From: Candidatus Bruticola sp. | GTDB taxonomy: Bacteria > Vulcanimicrobiota > Xenobia > Xenobiales > Xenobiaceae | NCBI GenBank assembly: GCA_051874735.1 | Contig: JBJEGD010000018.1 | Span: 1-43,080 of the forward strand | Length of the DNA: 43,080 nt | Direction of reading: 5' to 3' | In this document: positions 35,587 through 43,080 of the stretch, piece after piece | How the letters are laid out: each line of letters starts with the position of its first letter | Position numbering within the stretch: position 1 is the first letter of the stretch | The notes under the pieces: generated by a model | Database searches by the model: none | Seen by the model: the letters and a program-made list of their open reading frames with translations, nothing else | Told to the model about the DNA's origin: nothing | Made by a program: the position numbers and the translations under genes

Positions 35587-36000
35587 ATGCCTAAAGTAAA
35601 ATTAGCAATCCAGTCGATGGTCTATCAGGCCACGGGACGCAGAAAACGCGCTACCGCCCGTGTACGTTTAGTGCCCGGCGATGGCCGCATTTTTATCAAC
35701 AAGCGCCCTTACGAGGAGTATTTCCCTCGCGCTACCCAGCAGATGCTTGTTCGTTCTCCTTTGGAGCTCACCAAGACTGAGGGTAAGTTCAATGTGTACG
35801 CTACTTGCGACGGCGGCGGTGTTTCCGGTCAAGCCGGAGCTGTCAAGCATGGTATTGCCAGAGCTTTAGAAGCCTTCGACGGAGCTCTTCGTACCGAGTT
35901 AAAGCGCGCTGGATTCATGACCCGCGACTCTCGTGAGAAAGAGCGTAAGAAATATGGCCGCAAGCGTGCTCGCCGCGGTTTCCAGTGGACTAAGCGTTAA
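35587..36000 (+). CDS. rpsI: 30S ribosomal protein S9
   Basis: TGRRK, GGGVSGQAGA, TRDSREKERKKYG..ARR..Q..KR. Confidence 0.98.
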   Translation: MPKVKLAIQSMVYQATGRRKRATARVRLVPGDGRIFINKRPYEEYFPRATQQMLVRSPLELTKTEGKFNVYATCDGGGVSGQAGAVKHGIARALEAFDGALRTELKRAGFMTRDSREKERKKYGRKRARRGFQWTKR

Positions 36001-36052
36001 CATTTACAGCTCTCTTCTTAGAGCTGCTTGAAGTGTTTGAGCTTTTCGAGGT

Positions 36053-36093
36053 AGCTGCTGTAACCTTTTAGGTTCGGCGGCTTCTTCTTTTTT
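36053..36093 (+). terminator. Terminator after rpsI
   Basis: AGCTGCTG-T-AACCT-TTT-AGGTT-CGGCGGCT followed by TCTTCTTTTTT. Confidence 0.6.
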
Positions 36094-36133
36094 AAATAAA
36101 ATTTTTTAGCAGTGAGGTTGTCGATAAAAGTAT

Positions 36134-37759
36134 ATGCGCATAGTTAAAGCTGAAGAAATGGCTGCCATAGATAGAAATACCATTGAAAAGATCGGCATTC
36201 CCGGATCGGTGTTGATGGAAAAGGCTGGACAGACTGTTTTTAATTATATAGTGAAGCATTGCGGAACAGTGAAAGGCAAGCGTTTTTTAGTGTTGTGTGG
36301 CCCGGGCAACAATGGGGGAGACGGTTTTGTTATTGCCAGATATTTGCGCGAATCTGGTGCAGCAGTAGTCTGTCTGTCTATGAATCCGCTTGAAAAGCTG
36401 AAAGGCGATGCTCAGCTTTATGCTTCAGTCTACACTAAACTTTACGGTAATTTTACTGTTTTTGTCGACTGTAGTCAGTTTGAAGCTTTGTTGCGCGAGA
36501 GTGACTATGTAGTTGATGCTCTGTTCGGCAATGGATTAGATCGCAATTTGAAGTCGCCCTACAGCGATTTAGTCAAAATTTTAAATAGTACTGGGGCTAA
36601 AGTTATTGCCGTCGATCTTCCTTCCGGAGTTGATGCAGACAACGGTCAAATTTTAGGTGAAGCGCCTGGCTGTTTTTTAACTGTTTCTATAGGATTGCCT
36701 AAGTGGGGATTATATTTGGAACCAGCTCGCAGCCGTTCGGGCATAATTGAAGTTGCTGATATCGGTTTTCCTAAGCGGTTGCTACAAGCTGAAGATAAAG
36801 AGGGCGATTTCATAATAGATAAGGCCCTTGCCTCTTCTTTGTTGCCGCTGCGACCTCGTCAGGCTCATAAAGGTACATTTGGAACTGTTTGGGTAATAGG
36901 CGGATCAGCCCATTACTTTGGAGCTCCAGTACTTTCTGCTTGGGCTGTTCTGCGCTCTGGAGCTGGTATGGTGCTTTTAGCTGCTCCTTCCGTAGTTTGT
37001 CAAAAACTAGGATCGGACAGTTTAGAAATTATGCGCTGCAGTTTGAAAGAAGGGCACGGTTTTTTAACTGAGGCTGATTTAGATTGTTTTGCTTGGTTGC
37101 CCAACAAGAAAAGCGAGTTTGATAATAGTCAAAATAATCGTTTTAATTCCGCAGATAATGATTGCCCTTGGACCTCTCCTCGTGCTGTTTGTTTAGGTCC
37201 CGGCATGGGGCGCAGGAGACAGAGTACCGAATTTGTGCGCCGTCTATTGGAGGAGTGTTCTGTGCCTATGGTTATAGACGCCGATGCTTTATGGCATTTG
37301 AAACAGCTGGAGGCTGGGCAATCGCTTAACTTACAGAAAAGATGCGTGCTGACTCCGCACTTAGGTGAATTGTCACGGTTGCTCGATATTTCTATAGAAG
37401 ATTTGCAGAAGAATTTACCTTATTATGCACGTTTATGTTCCAACAAATATAATTGCATTGCTGTGGTTAAAGGTAGCCCCACGATCATCAGTGACGGGCA
37501 ACGCTGTTGGCTCAGCTGCAGCGGCGGTCCTATTTTGGCTCAAGGTGGATCTGGAGATGTCTTGGCCGGTCTAATTTCTGGTATTTTGGCACAAGGTGTG
37601 GAGCCATTCTTAGCTGCTTCTTTGGGGGCGTTTTGGCATGGTACTGCTGCAGATTTAGCAGCGGAAAAATATGCTGATCGCGGCAAAACTGCTTCAGAGA
37701 TCTGTAATTTACTGCCCGAAGCAGCAAGGATTTTGCAAATTGATCATAAATCAGAATAA
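36134..37759 (+). CDS. nnr: Bifunctional NAD(P)H-hydrate epimerase/dehydratase (YjeF family)
   Basis: LMEKAG, CGPGNNGGDG, VDALFG.G, AVDLPSG, HKGTFG, GPGMG, DADAL, LTPHLGE, GGSGDVLAG. Confidence 0.95.
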   Translation: MRIVKAEEMAAIDRNTIEKIGIPGSVLMEKAGQTVFNYIVKHCGTVKGKRFLVLCGPGNNGGDGFVIARYLRESGAAVVCLSMNPLEKLKGDAQLYASVYTKLYGNFTVFVDCSQFEALLRESDYVVDALFGNGLDRNLKSPYSDLVKILNSTGAKVIAVDLPSGVDADNGQILGEAPGCFLTVSIGLPKWGLYLEPARSRSGIIEVADIGFPKRLLQAEDKEGDFIIDKALASSLLPLRPRQAHKGTFGTVWVIGGSAHYFGAPVLSAWAVLRSGAGMVLLAAPSVVCQKLGSDSLEIMRCSLKEGHGFLTEADLDCFAWLPNKKSEFDNSQNNRFNSADNDCPWTSPRAVCLGPGMGRRRQSTEFVRRLLEECSVPMVIDADALWHLKQLEAGQSLNLQKRCVLTPHLGELSRLLDISIEDLQKNLPYYARLCSNKYNCIAVVKGSPTIISDGQRCWLSCSGGPILAQGGSGDVLAGLISGILAQGVEPFLAASLGAFWHGTAADLAAEKYADRGKTASEICNLLPEAARILQIDHKSE

Positions 37760-37805
37760 GTAGTTTTTTTATATCCCTTTGGAAGGGCGGTTTCGATCTT
37801 TTTCT

Positions 37806-38795
37806 ATGAGTATTGCTAGCAGGACGCCCATACAAGTCTACCCGGCTATCCTGGACGCCGTCAAGATTTATTTCAGGGGTTTTCAGGAAGCTTTTAAATT
37901 CTCTACCAAGGATAGTCTGATATTTGGCTTCTGCCGAGCTAAAGATAAAGACTGTTACGAGTTTGTTTTAATTCAAGCGGCGAAATATAAAGGGTGCATC
38001 AATGCAGAAGTCGCTGTTTCCCCAGTAAAACGCTATCCTTATTACCGCAGAAATGAATCTTTGCCTCTGGGTACGTTTGCTTTCCGTGAGAGGTGCAGTC
38101 TTTTAGTAAAAGATGAAGACTTTTCCTTCGGTTACGGAGGCGTCAATCTCGACAGAGTGCTCAGTATATGTTTAGGCAGTTATGCTGTGCCGGCTCTAGA
38201 TCGTCTTTACGATTCTACTAGAGCGGAAGCTTCAATGGCCAGTCACGTATGGGATACGTATTACGCCGATTGGCAGGAAGCGGAAAGCCATGCCGATTTT
38301 ATAAGTACTCGTCGCTATCCCGATCTAGAATACGAAGAAGAGGCTAACCGTTTTATATCTCAGGAAGTGCTGGGCACCAATCGCTACGATCGGTATTTAG
38401 GGCCTTTGAAGCTTTGTTATCAGGACAGCGATTTCTTTAACTGTCATGTTTACCTTATGGCAAGTGCCATGGAGTTTGTTGAGCCTCCTCCTATACCGGA
38501 ACAAGATAACCATAAAACTAATGAGGTCGCTAATTCTAATGGACCTAAGGTAATCACTTGGCGTGATATTTTAGGACCGGTAGAGCCGGTGGTAAAGACC
38601 GCTCCTAAACCTATGCTTAGAGCTAATGAAGAAAGGCGCGATCCTTTAGAAGATCCTATTATGGGGGTTCTAGGACGCCAAGAGCAGTCGGCTTGTATTG
38701 AGCTTACCTGTGAGAGCGCCCAGGCTCGTCTCAGAGAATATGCTTTTCTGAAGTCTATGTCAGCTTTAGAAGTAATAATGAACAGAAATAGTTAA
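37806..38795 (+). CDS. Hypothetical protein
   Basis: About 330 aa ORF (ATG 37806; upstream TTG at 37779 also possible); no family recognised. Confidence 0.7.
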   Translation: MSIASRTPIQVYPAILDAVKIYFRGFQEAFKFSTKDSLIFGFCRAKDKDCYEFVLIQAAKYKGCINAEVAVSPVKRYPYYRRNESLPLGTFAFRERCSLLVKDEDFSFGYGGVNLDRVLSICLGSYAVPALDRLYDSTRAEASMASHVWDTYYADWQEAESHADFISTRRYPDLEYEEEANRFISQEVLGTNRYDRYLGPLKLCYQDSDFFNCHVYLMASAMEFVEPPPIPEQDNHKTNEVANSNGPKVITWRDILGPVEPVVKTAPKPMLRANEERRDPLEDPIMGVLGRQEQSACIELTCESAQARLREYAFLKSMSALEVIMNRNS

Positions 38796-38818
38796 AAGAA
38801 CAGTTTAAAACTGTAAAT

Positions 38819-38864
38819 ATAAAAGTAGTGCCCGGCTCAGGGAGGAGCCGGGCACTACTTTTAT
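38819..38864. terminator. Bidirectional terminator
   Basis: Perfect 20-bp inverted repeat ATAAAAGTAGTGCCCGGCTC/GAGCCGGGCACTACTTTTAT between convergent genes. Confidence 0.9.
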
Positions 38865-38915
38865 TTAACGCTATCTGTTTTTTTTAAGTTGGTCGAATTT
38901 AAAAAGTGATCTGAA

Positions 38916-40139
38916 CTATAGCCAGGACATAAGCGGGGTATCGCTAGTGTCAATGCCTGTAGCAGGCTCACTGTCGTAGTCACCTAAATTGGCTAAACTA
39001 TCTTCACCTATCTGTAGCTCAGCCGGATCGGTGACATAATGCAGAGCTTCGTCTTTATATACTAAGCCGGCAGCGACTAAACGGGAAAGAGATTTAGCTA
39101 GAGTCTGCATGTTGTTGTTCTGCATAATCCAAGCTAATTTATCCGTTTTGCCGTTGTTCAGTTCCTGATGAATTTCATCATTGTTGACTAGAATTTCAAA
39201 CGCTGGAATAACGCCGCGTCCGTCGCTGCGGTTGACCAAAGTTTGATGAAGGACGATACGCAGAGCGTTCGCAAAGATAGGAGCCATTTTTGCGCGCTCT
39301 TTATCATTGAAAGAAGCTAAGATGCGCTCGATGCCTTGAGATGGACTAGTGGCGTCGAGTACCGCAATAACTAACTTGTTAGCTGTGGCCGCCCTGATAG
39401 CCTGAGCAGCTGTTTCGCGATCTGGAATTTCACTTAAACCTAGTACGTCGGCATCTTGGTTTAAAGCTTGCTGAATTCCATCTGTAAACGAAGCTACGTC
39501 GATGCCAACTTCACGCTGTAGTACAGTGCTGAGTTGATTGTAACGCCAGAACTGAATAGGTTTCTCTAAAGTAACGATTCTTGTTAAGCGCGTGGAGTTA
39601 ATGTGGGAAACTAAAGCCGCTAAAGTATTAATTTTTCCGCTTCTAGGCAACCCGGTAAGCAGAATTAAGCCTCCAGGCTGCTCTAAAATATTTTCTACTA
39701 AACTGCCGCTAAGACCTAAAGTTTCTAATTTAGGAATATCAGTGCGCAGGCGATGGAAAGAAGCGCAGACATGGCTGCGTTCTAAGAACAGATGAACCTT
39801 AAAACCGGCTCCTCCGCCGGCCACGCAGGTTTCCGCATGCCCATCTCTGGTCAGTTTGTTTTTTAAATAGCCGCTAAGTACCGGTTGAAGTAACTTATGG
39901 CAGTCAGCGTCGTTTAAAGGAGAGCCCTCTACTACACTGAGCATGTTATTGATACGTAGAGTAGGGGCACTGCCTACGTTGATGTTCAAGGCGGAGGCGC
40001 CATGAGCGACCGCTATATCTAAAAGCTGAGGCAACTTATAAGGAACAGTCGCCGCCTCGCTCTCATTTTCAGTAAAGTGGTCGCACAACAGAATCACCTT
40101 ACTAAGCAGTTCTTGGAGAACCGACTCATTAACTTCCAT
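38916..40139 (-). CDS. PilT/PilU-family protein with degenerate ATPase motifs
   Basis: GLILLTG..SGK..TLAA, QREVG.D..SF, QD.DV, IPAFEILVN, MQTL..SL..LV..G match PilT. Confidence 0.85.
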   Translation of the reverse strand: MEVNESVLQELLSKVILLCDHFTENESEAATVPYKLPQLLDIAVAHGASALNINVGSAPTLRINNMLSVVEGSPLNDADCHKLLQPVLSGYLKNKLTRDGHAETCVAGGGAGFKVHLFLERSHVCASFHRLRTDIPKLETLGLSGSLVENILEQPGGLILLTGLPRSGKINTLAALVSHINSTRLTRIVTLEKPIQFWRYNQLSTVLQREVGIDVASFTDGIQQALNQDADVLGLSEIPDRETAAQAIRAATANKLVIAVLDATSPSQGIERILASFNDKERAKMAPIFANALRIVLHQTLVNRSDGRGVIPAFEILVNNDEIHQELNNGKTDKLAWIMQNNNMQTLAKSLSRLVAAGLVYKDEALHYVTDPAELQIGEDSLANLGDYDSEPATGIDTSDTPLMSWL

Positions 40140-40223
40140 AAATAATTACCCCTTGGCCGCTCCCTCATTAATTTTTTAGACAGGCTTTAATTTTTCAGCG
40201 CTGACAAAAATACTGTTTTAGAG

Positions 40224-40709
40224 CTATTCAGTAAAAACTGCTGTCTCATCCTTGACACTTTCACTAGCGTTAACTGCGTTAGCTAATTCTGCGACAGAAT
40301 TGCCGGATTCTTCGTTAGTTTCATCGCTAGCTATAAAATCTTGCAGATTGATCGACCCGCTGCTGAGACTATCTATGCTGATAGGTTCGTCTTCTCCAGA
40401 ACTGCTCAACATGTTAGCTGAGGTACTGAGTCCGGAAAGAGAGGCTGTCAGATTGTCTTCGTTTACAGTTTTGTCTGTATTGGCAACTCCATCTTCAGCG
40501 GCTTGTTCTGCACTATTAGTTTCATCTACGTAAACTTCGCCTTTGGCAATTTCCTGCAAGGCCATACTGACAGGTTTAGCGGCGTTGTAATGCTCAATGG
40601 AAGTGCCGCCGTCGTTTATCTGGCGAGCTCTTTTTAAGGCCAGAGTCACTAATTCAAATTTGTTGTCTACCTTGGTGAGAAGTTCATCCAAGCTCGGCTC
40701 TACGAGCAT
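40224..40709 (-). CDS. rpoZ: RNA polymerase omega subunit with long acidic C-terminal extension
   Basis: PSLDELL.KVDNKFELV.LA.KRARQI..KPVS.ALQEIAKG; ATG 40709 after GGAGG. Confidence 0.9.
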   Translation of the reverse strand: MLVEPSLDELLTKVDNKFELVTLALKRARQINDGGTSIEHYNAAKPVSMALQEIAKGEVYVDETNSAEQAAEDGVANTDKTVNEDNLTASLSGLSTSANMLSSSGEDEPISIDSLSSGSINLQDFIASDETNEESGNSVAELANAVNASESVKDETAVFTE

Positions 40710-41083
40710 GCTCAATCCTCCGTGCGGCTAAATGAGGCCGCGAATGATATAATCAATTACCGATCCTTCCTCAATACGCTTCAAGCACTGAAAATCCTGC
40801 TTCAAGCTGTCAGAGGATGTTAGTCTGTCTGTTGAAGAAAACCGATATAAAGGAGTTAACTTTTTGTTATTGAAACGTGCTGCCCCTGTTTTTGGGAAGG
40901 TTTACGGTCTTAAGACAGACGAATACATAGGGTAGGGGGGAGAGGAAAACGAAGTATTTGGTGCTTTTGGGCACTCACGATCTTTAGACGGGTTCTAAAA
41001 TTTTGTTCGTCTGTTTTAGTTGGTTCGGGTTGCATAAATGGAGCAAATTTTGCTACTTTTCAGCGTTAGGGTGAATACAAAAT

Positions 41084-43080
41084 ATGAGTACTGAGCAGAC
41101 TAAAAGGGCTGCCGCTGCAAAGTTGGCTAAAGCAGCGGATCCTGCCTCTGCTAAGAAGGCAGATAAAACCGGAATTAAGTTTTCACGTGGTATGAGCAGG
41201 AATGAGCGAGCCAACCACACCTACATGTGGGGAGTAGTGTGGTTATTCTGCGTTACTCCGCTTCTTATACTGTGTCTAGTAGCCCCCCAATTTACTGGAG
41301 CAGCTGGAGTTGCCGTATCATACGGATTGCATGCTTGCATAGGTATGGCCGTTTGGGTGCTGCCTATGATTTCGTTCGCTGCTGCGGTGCATTGCTTCGA
41401 ATTTGAGGTTGAAAAGCGTATTAGGAATAAAATTATTATTCCTATGTTACTAATTTTTGCCCCGTTTTTTGCTGCTCGCTGTGCTTCTCAGGGCGGAGCC
41501 ATAGGAAATTTTATTGATGGTCTTTTTGTAAGTGCAGTAGGCAAAGCTGGAGCCTGGATGGTTGCCGTTTTGGGCATGTTCTCAATCTTGGCTTTTATGT
41601 GGAATGTTACTGCCGAAGAAGCTGTAGAAGGTTGTAAAGCTTTGAGTCAGTTTTCTAATAGTACGCTGGCGGTTTTCTGCCGCAGCGCTGTCAAGGTACT
41701 GTCCCAACTGTGGACTTGGTGTGTATCTTTTAGCAAACGTACAGCAGAATCGTTGATAGGTGCTAAAAATAAGTTCCTCGATCAAAAGCGTCACGATGAA
41801 GAGGAAAAAGAACGCTATGAGGCAGCTAAAAAAGAAGAAATGCAGCGTCGGGCTCTGATGTATGAAGAATCTGGCGCTATGAGTGCTGTCTCTGAAGATA
41901 TTCCCAGCAAACCTCTTACCTGTCGCACCTTTTTTGAGGAAAGTAGCGATTCTTGTGGGGCAGACAAATCAGAAGAGGAACACAACATATCTGAACTGCC
42001 TCAGGCAGTGGCTAATCTGCGATCTGAAATAGAATATACCCAAAGAGTAGCTAAAGAACAATTAATTAACGAAATTGAAAAACACAACAGCCTCAGCGAA
42101 GAAATAATAGCTGCCTCTAGAAAGCGCAGGACAGAAAGTGCCGAATTTGCAGAGATGGGAGAGCGTCATGTTCCCATTCGAGATTCAGTAAGAGAAAACT
42201 ACCGATCGGAGTCTGAGCGCTCTAAAAATAGTTTGGGAACTCAACGTCAAGTGGAGCTGCGTCCTAGCGTCAAGAACACCTCAAACAGAGAAAGGCCGCC
42301 GCTAAGTAAGCGTTTAACTGGAGTTCCGTATTCTGGCCATAGGACTGAAACTAAGAAGCCGGAGAACCGTGGGGATTACGCTGACTTAAAAGTTCCAACG
42401 TATGTCAATAGAGCTGGAACAGGAAATGGCTCCGCCGGTTCTTCTTTGAGAAATGGCCAGGCCGACGATTCTGTTAAATATGACAGAGATAAACTTTATT
42501 CCAAGCGGAGCGTCACCAATAATCCAAGGACAGCCTCAGAAAGTAAATCTTATTCTGATTACGTTAGCAGAAAGAAAACTAAGAATTATGCTGAGCCTGA
42601 CGATAAAATAGAAGATCTGCCTTTGCGTCCTGTGCGTTCGTCCTCCTCTTCGGAGAACTACAAATCTCCGTCAGTTTCGTCTGCGGTTACTGCTGATAAT
42701 CGAGAAAAAACTGTAAGTAAACGGCAGGTGACCGGACAGCCCGTAGTTGCAAGAACTACTGATGATACTGTCGAGGTTCCATTGATAATGCCTGCGGTGC
42801 AAAGCCGACCAGTCGGGCAAGAAGTAGCAGAGAAAACTCCTACCGATGAGCTAGATGAAAAAGTTAAGGCGTTAAAATTTGCAGACAAGATTGACAGTGA
42901 TATCGCTTTAGGAGCTTATCCTAGTGAGTCTGGCCGAGAAGAAAAGACTAAAATTAATTCGTCTGCTTCTGCCGCTGGGGCTTTAGGATATACCAAGGCT
43001 GCTGCGTCTACTTCAGCTGGTTCTATGCAAAAGTTGAACTCTTTAAGTCCTGAAGAGCGTCGTAAGGCGTTGGGTTTAGG
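41084..43080 (+). CDS. ftsK: Probable FtsK/SpoIIIE DNA translocase, N-terminal part (3' end outside the window; absent from the ORF track)
   Basis: Frame read as open from ATG 41084 to the window end (at least 665 codons). Four TM segments with GAAGVAV and GGAIGNFI..LF..VG.AG motifs, then a long low-complexity linker. The motor domain is not visible. Confidence 0.6.
   Translation, partial: MSTEQTKRAAAAKLAKAADPASAKKADKTGIKFSRGMSRNERANHTYMWGVVWLFCVTPLLILCLVAPQFTGAAGVAVSYGLHACIGMAVWVLPMISFAAAVHCFEFEVEKRIRNKIIIPMLLIFAPFFAARCASQGGAIGNFIDGLFVSAVGKAGAWMVAVLGMFSILAFMWNVTAEEAVEGCKALSQFSNSTLAVFCRSAVKVLSQLWTWCVSFSKRTAESLIGAKNKFLDQKRHDEEEKERYEAAKKEEMQRRALMYEESGAMSAVSEDIPSKPLTCRTFFEESSDSCGADKSEEEHNISELPQAVANLRSEIEYTQRVAKEQLINEIEKHNSLSEEIIAASRKRRTESAEFAEMGERHVPIRDSVRENYRSESERSKNSLGTQRQVELRPSVKNTSNRERPPLSKRLTGVPYSGHRTETKKPENRGDYADLKVPTYVNRAGTGNGSAGSSLRNGQADDSVKYDRDKLYSKRSVTNNPRTASESKSYSDYVSRKKTKNYAEPDDKIEDLPLRPVRSSSSSENYKSPSVSSAVTADNREKTVSKRQVTGQPVVARTTDDTVEVPLIMPAVQSRPVGQEVAEKTPTDELDEKVKALKFADKIDSDIALGAYPSESGREEKTKINSSASAAGALGYTKAAASTSAGSMQKLNSLSPEERRKALGL

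Overview
Bacterial chromosomal segment with Terrabacteria/Bacillota-like gene content (PASTA protein, csaB, Firmicutes-style 6S RNA and L10 leader); the lineage cannot be determined from the sequence. Mostly housekeeping genes: rpe, four tRNAs, csaB, 6S RNA, trxA, rplJL, a CDF transporter, pgi, potADBC, an HD-GYP phosphodiesterase, rplM-rpsI, nnr, rpoZ and the 5' part of a probable ftsK. An apparently intact type II-C CRISPR-Cas locus spans about 17.57-25.6 kb. tracrRNA, cas9, cas1 and cas2 lie on the - strand. A convergent + strand array has 40 full 36-nt repeats plus one truncated repeat and 40 spacers, and every repeat ends in a perfect extended -10 box. The most intriguing signals are regulatory: (i) the cas9 and tracrRNA promoters look like duplicates, sharing an identical 33-bp block upstream of and including the -35 box; (ii) a 21/22-bp sequence in the tracrRNA promoter recurs just upstream of a WYL-domain regulator 11 kb away. 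Together they suggest an untested WYL- or RNA-based control circuit on a Cas9 system. Two probable pseudo-enzymes (PilT-like and agmatinase-like) and an RpoZ with a long acidic tail are also present.
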